A stretch of DNA of 64,000 nucleotides from Balanoglossus misakiensis. Lineage: Eukaryota; Animalia; Hemichordata. The stretch lies in the NCBI GenBank assembly GCA_040954595.2, contig CM082586.2:6124509-6188508 (forward strand). The letters are read 5' to 3'. The notes under the pieces were generated by a model, which did not search any database, had not been told where the DNA came from, and was given only the letters and a program-made list of their open reading frames with translations. Of the stretch, positions 36,756 to 50,800 are shown one piece after another (the first letter of the stretch is position 1; each line of letters opens with the position of its first letter). Position numbers and translations under genes: made by a program.

Positions 36756-38402
36756 TGGTTGGGTGAGGGCGCTAGTCTCATGAAAAGGGTTTTTACATGT
36801 GACTTTTGTCTCTGTAGATTTCGGAAATGTAAACAAGACGAGAGGTATACAGTGACTTGTCCAATATTTAACTGACATAAATATGATTCTGTACATGTTA
36901 TCTTGATGTGTTACTTTAAAAAATACCATTGTATCAGAAATAATACTTTACAAGTTTCTATCATAGGAATTTAAAACTATTACGGCTTCTGATAATATTA
37001 TAAGGCATATATCTCTACAGGTTCTCAAACGATCTCTACGTGTTGTTGATATCATATATGTAATTGTACATATTCCCAATTTAATTGGAAATTTAACTTA
37101 AGTGACTTTCTTAAGACCATTCTTTCACCATATTCTGCACCTAACCAGTGAATACACATAATTTTACGGCATTTTAGGGCATTGTCTTCAACTCTGCGTA
37201 ACATCACGACCATGTTACATTCGCTTTATAATACTTCTTGTGCTGAAGATTTCACCAAGCTTTACATGCCATATTATAAACCAAACATTCCAACCAAACT
37301 ACAATCGAGTAGGATTTTCCCCAGTTTTTATTATCTATATACTTTGTGTTATTACGTGAAAATCCCAATACATGTATACGTCTACTCAGATTCATGTACA
37401 TTGTGTGAAATTACAAAATTGTAATAGCGTACGTTTTATTAGTATGTTACTCTTGTACAATTGATGACTGTATATGTATTTGCATTAAAGTTTGTCCATA
37501 TCTGTACTAAGACAGTGATTCCAGCATGATTTTCTATGCAGAATGTACGTTGAAGTTGGAGACGTGAAGACAGAATTGATTTGTGGACCGGATGGATTCA
37601 CGCGCGTTTTCAACAGGTTTCGCCTCCAAGTATGTATTGTTCATTAATTATCCGGAGTGCCGACCAGACGTGTACCGAGGAGTTCGGTGTCATCGGAGAT
37701 CCGCGATCGATTTTCTTTTCACAAGAACCATCATCGGAACCGATGATAAGTGGGGTCGCGTACACCTCGGTGATGAATCGGGTGGTGAACAAAAGACACC
37801 GTGCGTCGGTCGGGAAATTGCATCCTTTGTGTATTTTCACGAGGTCGCAGAATGCAAAGTACCTACACGTAATTTATATCATTTATTTTCATAACATCAA
37901 TTTAAAGGTGATGGCCGAATGGACCCGCCTGCCACGGGGCAATGGGAAGTGTGTTGTTATAAACCGACAATAAGTGGTTATATTTGATGATGAAGATAGA
38001 TGGAAGTGGCTTGTAATTGATGGCTTTGAAACGATCGAGTGGAAGTACACGAGAAAGACGAACTGAGAAATGGACGGGCATTAATTGTATTTCATGTATC
38101 GGGAATCGAGTCAATGTCAACACCTATGATTGAGTACATATTCATTATCGCCAGTGAAACTACTGCTCTGACCTTGGTATTTTTTTCGTAATATGTAATA
38201 TTAGGATAATAACATTACTAGATTTAAAATATTTGTGTGCACATGTCAAGGTACCCTCGCCTTTCTTTCAAACTGTCGGAAGCCCTTAATGACGGCAAAT
38301 ATTCACGATTTACAAGAGCCAACCTGGAGGGCAAATTCTCATTTTCCACGCGTTGTCAATATCGCTCTACACTCATCTGAGGACGAATATAACATATAGC
38401 AT

Positions 38403-38474
38403 TAAACTAAAAACATGAATTTAACATTTTAAATATATCGTTTAACTAAAAACTTAAATTTAACATTTTAAATT
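38403..38474. repeat. Short AT-rich tandem duplication (about 41-bp period)
   Basis: aactaaaaacatgaatttaacattttaaat is repeated as aactaaaaacttaaatttaacatttttaaat. Confidence 0.7.
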
Positions 38475-39311
38475 ACGGCAACGACAGGAGTAGTCTCTTC
38501 ACGTTTGGTGACATTTCCGCGATTGCATAATTCTATGATAAGGTTTAGGTCGATTACATTATTCAAATACAGGATAAAAAATTACATTATGCAACAAATG
38601 TAATATCAAACAATTGTTGGATGATTGAATGTTATGTGATTTTGAATAGGGCCATCTGTGCAGAGAATTAATCCTGCGATGTAAATGTTCGCAGCCCAGT
38701 AAATATATCCATCTGCATGACGAATCATTTACTCTGTAATGAATGGATTTAATAAAGATGGATGAACTCCGGCGTAATCAGCGGTAATGAAATTTCAAAG
38801 AACAATAATTATTCCACGATATGATAAAATTCAATAGGATGGAATTGAAACCATACATTTGTACCTGACAAAGATTATTCCTTACTAACAATTGGAAATA
38901 CAAATACTAGATAACACAATTAACATAACGTGCTATAGATTACATGGTCACATCGACAGTTAATATTAGCATCATCTGATTTAATCTCCATGGCTGATAC
39001 ACAAAAGATAATCTCCACTGGCTATGATAGAACACTCTCAATACACAAGTCCGTATCGTTTGTGAATTCATTCAAGATTAGAGTATTGCTTATAAAAGAA
39101 CACACAGTTAGTGGGGATATTTGTGACCTTGTTACTCTCTCAAGGTTATTCCTCATCATATCTGTTGACTGATTTACAAAATTGTATGAGGCGTTCCTTT
39201 TTCGTTTTTCAGCAGCGCCCTCAAGAACGAAAGAAACTCCAAGAAACGTTCTACATGGCCAGTGATTGTAAAAAGATTGTCTCCTGTTGGAACTACATGT
39301 AATTCCTTTAA

Positions 39312-39657
39312 AGGGACAAAGTCTCTCTCTCGCTGCCCTTTTTCCATGAATTATGTTTGATACAAGACACTGTTTATGTTATTCTACATGTGGTTATATT
39401 GTGAATTGATGTTGACCACATACAACTGCCATCCTGTTTGTAGGATATGAGAGTAAAAATCTTGCCAAAATGAATAAATGGTAAACACCGATTATTCATT
39501 TTGGCAAGTTTTTCACTCTTGTGTCTACAAGTTGGATGGAAGTTGTGTGTGGTTGAACGTTGATCACTTTGTGTCCACAATGTAGAATAACATAAAGGTG
39601 TCTTGTATCAAACATAACCAATTGAATAAAGGGCAACGAGAGAGAGACTTTGTCCCT
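39312..39657. mobile_element. 346-bp palindromic (fold-back) MITE, Kolobok-like, TTAA target-site duplication
   Basis: TTAA at 39308-39311 and 39658-39661; termini AGGG...CCCT. The first 21 bp of the TIRs are identical, and inverted similarity continues through the arms to a central ggt-aaac-acc loop at about 39481-39490. TTAA TSD with RR...YY ends is the described Kolobok signature. Confidence 0.88.
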
Positions 39658-40973
39658 TTAAAATATCGACTACTTTAATTATGGCGCCCTCTACAGCAAG
39701 ATGAAGATTATCGTAGCCGTTGTTTGCGGAGCGGACAAGACATCAAAGGTACACGCCGCGTTGAGAGTCTGTTTTTTTTCTATTTGCCTGTAGTTAAATA
39801 AATAAGCTTACTGATCAGTATACATGCACATCGACGCCCGCTTGTGGCAGGATGTTGCAATTTAAACAAGTGCCGCACCCATTTAATCATCATCCATACA
39901 AACAGCACACTATCATTGTATGCATCGCCACATCTGTCACACTGGTTCTGTTTTGAACCTGTGCATTTATTTATTATGGAATTGTTTGTAAAATAGTGTA
40001 ATTTTGAAGACAAATACGAATACGATAAAATAATGTGCACACGTAATAACCTTGTACTTACGACAGTTAATTGACTTGACCTAATGTTGTCACGTTGACT
40101 GTGAACTGAATAGGATACTACAAGATATAAACCTACTGCTACAGGAGACTTTCCAAAGACCTTTTGATTCTTATGAAAAGATAATAACCTAGCGAATTGG
40201 GGTCACGGCCTAATGTACACACACATACGAAATGACACACAAGGATACTGTGTATATATGGTATTTATATCTTTAATTGATTATGGTAAGCCGATAAACG
40301 GTGAAAATTGTGAATTCGTGATAGCGTAGACTCTTGGCAAACAAAGCTGTGGGATTACCCAGCATTCAAGAGGTCTTGACAATGAAAGATTATAGCGTGC
40401 ACGGTATGAAGACAGAACAGGAAACTTAACAGGAAACAATACAGACAATTGAGTTTATTTGCCGATTCATGAAATTTCCATCCTGCTAGTCTGTCCACAT
40501 TCATGTATAAGCTTCCTGATGTTGCTTTGAAATCAACTAAAGAATTTAACATGTTGAAATAACAGTGCCAATTTCCTAGTGAACAATAATGCAACAATGT
40601 TTCGATCATAGCTGTGAATAGCTTCTTTGATTGTTGCTTCAAATTTATAATAGCACTGTGATAACAAAACTACATCATATCGTGTAAGATAATTCATTTT
40701 ACTAATATTCAGGCTTGACTCAAAAAGAATCTGTAAATAGATTTGAAAAATGTTGTTTGAATAAGGCTCGATTATTCTAGTCAACCAGTTTTATAAAAAA
40801 GGAATCTCACTTATATTGAGACTTACTGAAAAAATTCATATAATATCACTGTATTAATAGAAATAGATATAGAGATATCATTATATCTGTAATAATAATA
40901 TAATTAGGGATATTGACAATTCCCCATCAAATGTAAAGGTGACCTTACTAATTCTCAATGAAGGCAATCTTGC

Positions 40974-41074
40974 ATGTATGTATGTATGTATGTATGTATG
41001 TATGTATGTATGTATGTATGTATGTATGTATGTATGTATGTATGTATGTATGTATGTATGTATGTATGTATGTA
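40974..41074. repeat. (TATG)n microsatellite
   Basis: About 25 perfect units, followed by a degenerate GGTA/GGCA-rich tract to about 41300. Confidence 0.97.
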
Positions 41075-42463
41075 TTCATTCATGCATTCATGGATCTAAG
41101 TAAGTATTGGTAGGATGGTAGACGGTAAGTTGTTATGTGAGGTACGGTGGTGGGTGGCTGGGCAGATGGTAGGGTATGGTAGGTGCAGGGTGGGTGTGGG
41201 TAAAAGTAGGTATAGGTACTGTAGTACAGGCATTTAGATGGTGTTCAGGCAGGTCGGTAATGGCAGGCGAGAAGGAAGCAAGGCGAACGCGAGGGATTGC
41301 ATGGACGGTCAGATTCGGGCAGCTAACTGATATTCAGGTAAATTTATGCTTTTACTTGTAAATAGATGAAGTGAAATACGCTAACAATTATAAACAAAGC
41401 CTAAAATACATATATAGAATACACATTAATATCCGATATTACTTGTTTCCAATCCTCAAACTAAAAACCCTAATATATGATATTTAGACAACGTTTGAAA
41501 CAATGTGAGAATGAATAATATTACATAATTTACATGAGTTCATAAAATTCTAGTAATACAATATAATGCTGCAAAACAATAACAACACAGCACAAACGCT
41601 CATTAGACGTTCTTGAAATATATATGTTAAATAACAATCAATTAAATAATGTTTGTGTGAATAATACGATCTTAGGAAATACAAATGTAATTGCTTATAT
41701 TATTATCATTAAGGTAAAAGATACATCCCCTTATACTGAAATTAGTATTATATCTCTATAAAAAGTAATTTTAAAACATCTCTTCCAACAAATGTTCAAA
41801 CGCCGTGCTTAAGCTTGCTACGGCAACAAGTGGATTATATTCTTTAAACGTCATTGAGTAGCCAAATGCACAATACCGTATGTGCCAAGCCCTTCCCATT
41901 ACTTGATCATCTATTTTGCTGTTGGCGTTTTCTCTTTGCTCTATTTTTGTCTGTCAGACGTATAGCCCACTTTGAGAAATGAAAAATCCTTTGATACGAA
42001 GGTCAAAAAACTCTTCGCATTTTCAACTCAAGGACGAATATGGATTCATGCAGAAAAACACATAGGTGTATTATGTAAATGTTTAGTAAACATGAGTAAA
42101 AAAAACGCCCTTTAATGATTACTTTTTCAATCACAGGTTTATAGTACTACACATAATGTTTAGGACAAAATAAATGTATTAAAAGTGTATTGTTACCCTG
42201 TTTTAAATATCCATGTTATAGTTAATGAAAATATGAAAATATTAAACATATACTCACTTAAGAAACATTAGAAAGTTCATATCTTGTTTAAATTATTAAG
42301 TATACATATGTAGTATTAGTATATATATGCCTTCATAAATCGTACTAACAGCATTATTAGTATCATTGTGATCATTGCTATTATTAAGGGCGTTTGTTAT
42401 GAATCCAACTATGGTTTTAAATACATTCTGATGTTATTGATCATATTACGAAATACATTCTTC

Positions 42464-43597
42464 TCAAGAGGGTGCTGAGCTTAGCAGGCTAGAGGTATGT
42501 GTTGCTTGTGTCGTTATAAACTTTGCCCTGTTCGACCCTCGTGTGTTTGATGTCATCGTGGTGTCTGGTCCTACCTTCCCATGTTTATCGAAACAGGCAA
42601 AAATCTTAACGAACTCTTTCTGGAAATTCTCATTGTAGTAAGCATAGAGGATGGGGTTAATGCAGCTGTTGCCGAAGGATATCAGTACGGTGATGTTGGC
42701 CGGTGTGTTTGAGAACAGCAAGGCGTCGAATGGAGGATTGGTTTCGTGTGAGTAGTATATTTGAAGGGAGTACAACGGTCCCCATGTGAGGGCGAACTGA
42801 ATGACAACAAAGCTCAGCATCTTGACCGCTTTCTTTTTGTTTCTATTAGAAGAGTTACTTGGCGATTTTCCGAACCACAGGGTCTTGATCATGATGCCGT
42901 ACAGAACGCCCAATATGACTAAGGGTATGGCGTACAAGACACAGAAATATTCAACTCGCATCCATTTGTCAATGTCCCGTCTGGTGACTGTGCATTTTTG
43001 ATCGATTATAATTGTCGTGTTGCCAACTGGTGCCGTGGTTGTTTGTATGCCGTGGTTTGCATACACCTGAATGGAGAACAGCGCGCACGTCAGCCAGATT
43101 ACGCCGCATACGACGAGGGCTTGTTGCACGGTTACTTTGGGTTTCAGCGGATGGACGATGGCCCAGTATCGGTCAGCCCCGATGCATATCAACGAAAACG
43201 TGGTGCCGCACATGGCGCAACTGTGGAGGAACGAAGTGAAAAAGCACAGGCCAGGGTCGCTCATCGTTCTGCCGTACGCGAAGTCCGCGATATGGATGGG
43301 CACGAAGGCGACGCCGATGATGAGATCGGAGATGGACAGCGATACGATGAACACATTCGTTGCAGAATTTCTCAGCTTCGGTTGGCGAATGACGGCCACG
43401 ATTACCCACACGTTTCCGACAATAATGAGCAGCATGAAGATGGTGCCAATAATCGCCGTCGCCAAGGGTGGTGTTGAGACTCTGGCTATCTCAGCCATAA
43501 ACGCCATTCGCCATTTCATGTAAGCGGCCAGAGCATCTGACTCTGCAGCTGTTGCATCTGTCGTATTTTCAAGCTCAATGTCTGTTGTGTTATCCAT
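42464..43597 (-). CDS. Class A neuropeptide-type GPCR, 377 aa, intronless CDS; paralogue of 35436-36563
   Basis: Same 7TM motifs (GN, SLSISDL, DRY, YAIP, FALTWGP, NPILY, NENFQKEF). About 49 differences over about 315 aligned core residues versus the plus-strand copy. Acceptor tttttcaag/gtctcacag lies just upstream of the ATG. Confidence 0.95.
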   Translation of the reverse strand: MDNTTDIELENTTDATAAESDALAAYMKWRMAFMAEIARVSTPPLATAIIGTIFMLLIIVGNVWVIVAVIRQPKLRNSATNVFIVSLSISDLIIGVAFVPIHIADFAYGRTMSDPGLCFFTSFLHSCAMCGTTFSLICIGADRYWAIVHPLKPKVTVQQALVVCGVIWLTCALFSIQVYANHGIQTTTAPVGNTTIIIDQKCTVTRRDIDKWMRVEYFCVLYAIPLVILGVLYGIMIKTLWFGKSPSNSSNRNKKKAVKMLSFVVIQFALTWGPLYSLQIYYSHETNPPFDALLFSNTPANITVLISFGNSCINPILYAYYNENFQKEFVKIFACFDKHGKVGPDTTMTSNTRGSNRAKFITTQATHTSSLLSSAPS

Positions 43598-46500
43598 GAC
43601 TGTGAGACCTTGAAAAAACAGAAAAGCACAAAGAAAAGAAAATTATAATAAATTCATCATCACCATCTTAACTAAAAAGGAACAGCATTTCACATACATA
43701 TATACATTTCAAACTACACCTTTATCAGCACGATACTGTTAAGTATTGATCAGAATGATTTCGAGTATTATAATGGTCACGGTGTTGATGGTCTTATACG
43801 TGGTTGACGAAAACACTACATATTCAAATTAGATGTAGTGTTAGGTTATGGTTTCTACCGTTCGCGTTTAAGTTCACACTTGTTGGTGTGTCACATGTAA
43901 CAAAATACTGTTATTATCTTGCAATTTTCATGAAACGCCCCTGGCAATAAAGTATGTTCAGTGCTGATGGAAAAACACTCATCTTTCTTGATATTTGAAT
44001 TCTGCGTCATGCCTGGGGAAATATTAAATATCACAGTGCTAATGAGAGGTGGTTATCCTCCTTAAAAGACATCCAACATCTTGTTATACTTCCCCAATAG
44101 AAATGTGACCATCTGCAGTTCAAATGGTCATTGTATTTTGAGCGGCCACACTGAAGAAAAGAGAAAGCGTCGAACATCGTTAGAAGACAGCAATTTGATC
44201 TTGCACTAAGCTATTACACGCACCCATTTTCATCAATGCGAATTCTGGGAAATCTCTCGCCTATTTCCATCACGTGTAAGATGGGCTCAGGTTTGAATCT
44301 CTCCCCAGTACGTGTAGTATACAATGGAGGTTTTACATATACACCTCTATTCAGTTCATAATTGAACTCCCTCCAGTAGAGAGGTATGTATTGCTTCTTG
44401 CAAAAGGCACTCGTTGCCGACGGAACCGAATGTTTTCAAACCTCATGCTGTTAGCTGCTAATTTCTGCTAAAGAGCCAACTTGAAGCCCCATAATTGTCA
44501 GAAGTTTTCTTTCAAACTGTACTACCATTAGCCCATGCTGATGCATTGAAGTTATAGAAGTGTTTTTGAACCCTAAGTATGAGAGCATATGCAAGTTTTT
44601 ATCCAGACAAATAATACAGCTTTGCCGCAAAGGAGTATGCCCTCCATCCTGGGAAAATGTAAGATACCATGATAATGCATACCGCAAAGGTGTAAAATGG
44701 AATGAAACCAACCAAATCTTAACAACAAAGATTGTACCTTTTAACCCTGTCCATTTAAGAAACTGGTACCGACTTTTCACAGCTACATTTTGTTCTTAAA
44801 TTTGAAAGGGTGCCGACATTGACTACCTTATCTGGCTTCAGATTGACGAATGGAAAAAACATATCCTGCAGACTCTACACTAGACACGACGGACAACTGT
44901 ATCAATGATTTGTGGGCGCATTTTGCAATTGTATCAACATACATCAACTGTCTCAAGCGCCCAACTTTCCAACGACCGTCACAGCGCATCCTGCATCTAG
45001 CCCATTTCTGACTATAGGAAGAAACTCGCTCTTTGTCTGGTAAATGTCAAACCTTGTATCTGTATCATTTAGCCCAATTACCGGTTACATTTTCCAAACA
45101 TTAGATTTGGCGCCCTCAAAGGAAATGATAGCCCCGTAGGCACCTACAAGATGTATCTGCTTCGATTGATCCAGTCACCCTGTGCGCAGACCTTGCGATA
45201 TGCACGGCTGATTTATCAGGGGTATCACCGTATCCCTCGCAATTTAAAAAAATATGAATATCTCCGACGGGCATAAACGATCGTTGGCAAGGTTTGAATC
45301 GGGTAGCTACTATGTGGCCATAACATTTATTCCGTATCTTGTTTCATTTGCCGCAGTTCTAACCGTGTTTTACAAATCGCGGTTTTTAAGCTCTATATTA
45401 TACCCTTTTATAGGGAAAATTCAGGTTTCTGCAATGAAAGTAGTATAGGCCAAAAATCCAGCAATATATTTAATTCAAAGGACCTAGGTTTTCGGAAAAA
45501 GGATTTTTTTTACAAAAAGACAAAGTTGTGTACCAATTAGCACGCGAATGCAGCATAGAACATGTTGTATCACTTATCATCCAATCTGAGCTACGACAGA
45601 ATCGGTTTTATTCCACGGTACATGTGATGCAGCATTTTGAGATGATATATGTTGTGTGCGCGCATCTTCCTTGTAACATTTCATTATTTGTCTTCCCTTG
45701 GGCATATGGATGATCTGGGAAACGACTGCTTCCTTCGGCATCCTACGTTTGGAAACCCACTACCAGACGGATTAAGCATAATCTCTCGGAGGAACAGCAG
45801 TATGCTGATGTTGTTACCCTCTGTCCAGTTATAAGGTATAGTCTGCGCCTTGAAAGTCAGTCTTAATAGGCCTAGCTTGCTTAGTGCAACTTTAGATTCT
45901 GTTCTCAAGAACGAAATGAATGACAAGGCACAAATGTCTCAAAGTTTAGATTAAAAATACGCCGCCAACTTCTGTGTTAACCGTGGAAGTAAGTTTTAAG
46001 AATAATCAAGATGGTTAAAACCCTCTGTATTTGTTTTCAAAAAGATCCCTGACACACTTTAATGCAGCAAAAACTGAAAGGATTGGAGGATTATCATTTT
46101 TTTCTGAAAATCTCTTCCCGAGGCATATATTAATTTAACATGAGAATATTGGAAGGTTCTGGGTTCACATAATAAAAGCAGTGTTAGGACATGGATAGAT
46201 CCGATAGTTAGCGTACCTGGTCTGTTATCCATGTGGGATATGGATCATTTAGTTCACAAGCTCATCTATTTTGAGCCATGCTAATTTACTTTTTGCAGGC
46301 TCATATGAGGCAAAAATGTTAAAAAACACACTCATGTCTTTTAAAATGTTCCCTATGCACATAAAACAAACACATCTAATAAGGTACACAGCCTATACCA
46401 GTGGGGTATTTTAACCGTACTCTAATGTTCCTAGCGTAAAAAATTGTACTCGAGTCTAGTCACATTCTTGTGAAATTGCATCCTTTAATTTATATTGCTT

Positions 46501-47647
46501 AAGTTGGATTCATATAGAAAACAATACATATTGGATTCATTATCACCTGCCTTTGCGCAGGCAATCATTCTTCATTATGCTAATGGCACAATAACAATGC
46601 CTGTTTAAGCATTACATAATGGTGCTAATAACGTGTGTAATGCACAACCTTACAGATTTAGTATTACACACATTCTTAAAAATACTGAATCAATACATTC
46701 GAACGACACTGGAAATTGCAAATAAAATCAGCCAGGAACATGTTGATTAAGCCTGGAAAGTGAAGGAAAAATTACTCCAAATCCTGCCTATACCTAACAA
46801 CATCTGGCCTGTCAAAACATACCTTGAAAGGCATATGCGTCAACTCCTGTTAATTTCAATGCATTTGTGAGGTACGCATCATTGCACTTTCAATTAGTTG
46901 AACGTCTAATGCGGTCTCCCAACCTAATTGGCCATCAACGATTTTCTTACTCAGGAACTTGTTTTTATGGGAAGACGTTTAAAGGTAAAGATAGCCGTTA
47001 GAGCCTTATTTACACATCTGAATATGTTTTCGCCATATCAGTGTTTATTCTAGTAGACTATTTCTTGTGCGTTTTACTATTGTCCAACGTGGCAATGTTA
47101 CTTTAAGTTGTTGAATAACCAAATGAATGGAAGTTAACACGTACTGCTATAGTATTTTACATTAACAGTATGTAAATCTTTAAACTGGAGTTTTTACAAA
47201 TCAAACAACCTTTTTACGAGAATTATTATATATTTGTATAGTATAAGTTAATATTAAGTTTGTGCATGTAGATTGCATCAACTCAAACTTTTTTACGGAT
47301 CAAAACTTAATGAAGTTGGTAGCCAACGCATACCTTGTCATCCAAAGTCACCTCTTTCGAGGTTCAACCTTACCATGGATAGAAAAGAATATGTTTGGAC
47401 TGAACCACGGTGGTGAAAGGATTAAGATAGAGGCAGACGTAGAGGATAGCTCTAAGAACTTAAGTCTGCTAATAATATATTTGTGGTTGTAGAATTGGAG
47501 ACGAGTAGTTTCTATTAACGTGCTACTCTCAATAGAACAGGATTGTGCACAAAGCTTTCGACAACAGTACTCAAAGGAGACTGAACAATAAAATCCTTTG
47601 CGGTGAGAAGAAATGCGGGAAGAATTTAAAAAACAAGATCAGTTCAC

Positions 47648-47865
47648 CTTACCTCCAATAGTTTGTCGCTGCAGCTATAAAATCTTCTACCTTTCTGGAG
47701 AGATAAATATACGATGTTTTATTAATATTGCGCCTGACAATTTATGCGCCGAAATCAGATGTACGCAGGCGCAAAGTGGACACCATGCCGGATCCCCTCA
47801 TATGCATTGCCCAAAGTTCTCTTTGCTCTCTCACGTGACTATAGAGAGTCAGTTACCATGGATAC
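47648..47865 (-). promoter_or_regulatory. Candidate promoter/enhancer and 5' UTR exon for the minus-strand GPCR
   Basis: X-box GTTACCATGGATAC at 47852-47865, E-box TCACGTGAC at 47831-47839, NRF1-like TACGCAGGCGCA at 47762-47773, and minus-strand donor GAG|GTAAGG at 47652. Confidence 0.35.
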
Positions 47866-50800
47866 AGTGTATATACCTCAAGGAAAACTTTCAGGCAAAG
47901 TCAACAGCTTGCAAGCATAACACAGAGTAGCTCTCACGGTGATTACTCAAATTGGCTATTCTTTCAATTTTTTAAGCTTCTGCATATTGTGGCTCAGCGT
48001 GGGGGTGGAGTGGGCTACAAAGGATTGCACACATTAAATAATTAATTGTCAATCACGTTTCTGTAACGACTAAGATGTCTAGTACGATATATTTAACCTG
48101 GCTATATTCTACTATGAGAACAGATAAGTGTCAAACTGTTGATTTAAGGAGGATATACTGATTGCATCTCATAATGTAAAATAGTGATTAGATGTACACT
48201 ATTCACATTTGTTATTCCACAAACACTGGGTATGATGTAAAACAATACTAATGAATGTACCACACAAGCAATACATGGGCATTGGCATTATTAAACCATG
48301 TATGCGAGAGTTGATGGCGGAATTGACTCATGTCAAATACTAATTTGGAACAATTGGGAATTAAATGTATGTGTAGAGTGACAACCATTTTAATTAACAG
48401 ACTAAGTCAATGCGTTTTTACCATGCGTTTTCATAACTAAGTTAAATTTGGCGGTTACCGATTTTTTCATTCCACTTGCTAATCGCATAGGAAGTATATT
48501 TCGGATACATGTAATTTGAATTCGAGTCAAAAATGTCGACAACGCGACCGTGAGAAATCATCTCAGATATACACAGAACAGGCACCAGACTAATTTCAAT
48601 CTTGTCCAGACAAGAATAGCAAAAGGTCACCTGTTCAACAGAAAGCAATTTTGCTGTTGAATTCGAGGAAATTCCACAAGGATCACCTCAGAAATCTGCG
48701 TCTCAAATCAGGCCCAGACGAAATTAACCAAACAGCCCGATGGACTTACAGTCCAACTATACATGAATCGCAAGTCTGCGAGTTTACCATAGCAAACAAA
48801 CAGATGTTCTATCTATCACTGATTCATCATTAGAGTTTTAATATTTAACAGTAGCACCATCATGATAAGATTTTGAAAAAAATAGGGCTTTGGAAGCTTG
48901 TGACAAGTATATTTTGTTGATAGTGAACCTAAATGCTACTTTGTCTAAATTCACGGGTAACTTTAACATTAGCACTGTTTCTTTGCAGCATCAATGTCAA
49001 TTCTGCACAAATATATAATATACAACTATACTAGTATAAAGCTCATTTGAAACCTGGGCCAGTAAGCTGGTTATCTCTGGAGTTTCTCACTTCATTTGAG
49101 AAATGTTCTTGACATGTAAGTATAACGTGACAAAAGCAAAATCAGTGACAAAGAATAACCTTCAGTTATTTTACTTGCAGGCAGACCTCGCCAAAATATG
49201 TCCTTTGCATATTATAATTTTCAGACAAGATCATCTGGTTCTACATTAGATACTCAGGACATAAAATAGTACTTGGATGTCCATCCCAAATCAGGGAAGC
49301 AATCTGGTCCGCTTTAAACCTGTTACAATTAACCATCGAAAACGTCTGTATACATTAGGTTGACATTGTAGTCTCACTATTGCGCTTGCAGACTAGGATC
49401 CTAATTTCAGCTCTCATCACCGATTTCATGCCTCCGTTGCTCTTCAGAAAATACATCTATCCCTTGTTTGCAACAACTACAAATTACGCACGGTCAAACT
49501 GTAGAGTGTGTACTGACATTGAATGCAAATCAGACGTAATCACGTACATTGTATGCAGCTACAAAAAAGAGTCACCTCTCCAATAGGTACGTTACACGAC
49601 AGTACAGTAGTATCTAAGACTGTAAAGTTGTCAATTTGAGACTTTTTTCAAACCTATTCACAGGGAAGACGCATATGCACGTGATAAACAGATTTATTCA
49701 CGGATTGCTTTTTGCATCACAAATTTCCCACTTAGTTTATGGATTTAAGGCAATCACTGCAGATTGTCAGCTTAATGTGTTGCATAGTCAGCTTATTATG
49801 TCGTATTAGGTCATCAATAATTTGCTTGATGTTTTTGCGTTTGGCAATCTGACATTTGTGTCAAGTCGTTCTGCACCTTAACATCACAAGACGCTAAGGC
49901 ACTTAAGGGTTGCAACGTTACTTTCCACTAAAGTCCCCTTATAAAATTCCTAGCGCTGTGTTTGGCTGGTTTGGGCGAAGTTATGAGCCCTTGTCCCTCA
50001 CCTCACGTTAACCATAACGAACATTTGAAACTAGGCAGATACATGTAACTTATTTTAATTACTTTAGTGACCATAATACATGTACCTGTAATCAGGCTTT
50101 GCCGCAAAGCTCAATTACTAAAGTTCTAATGACTGGATCCGGTGATAACAATGGAAAAGATATTAAATTTAACTGTAAACATGCAAGAACAATTTGCCTC
50201 TCTCCACATGAAGTGGGCATAGTTTTTAATAACTAGCATTTTTGAAAGGTTACACGTTTGTAACACATGTATACCTTACTGCTATACGTATCCAATCCCT
50301 CTCATTTTAATGGGCATCACATCACGTAGATCTGTAACGAAGCTGAGGATATTGTTGTCATCGCCTGTTTGTCATACTTCTCAGATTTAGCTGTGGGAAC
50401 TTTTAATTGGTGGCTCGGATTATCCCGTTGTTCATTTACAACATACCGTGCTCGAAGAGACTACATCCTGGCCCAACAGTGCTTGTATTCATTCTGTCGA
50501 CCGACAACACAAGCTAGACGTCACGACACTTTTTGTATACTCACAAGCCTGTGATCTAGCTCAAGGGCCAATGCTCGATGCGTGACAACCAGTGCTATAT
50601 GCCTGCATGGCTGGGATTTGTAAACAGGATTATAGTGATTGATCGAAGCGTCTAAAATGTCAGAGACAGTCTTAAGTCTAAACCCTTATAAAACTTATTC
50701 TTCACTTTCAATAATTGGTCTCCCATCACTAGCACAAAATATTAAGAATCATTTTTTCGCTCAAAAGTTCGCGGAGAAGCAATACGACAACACATCACAG

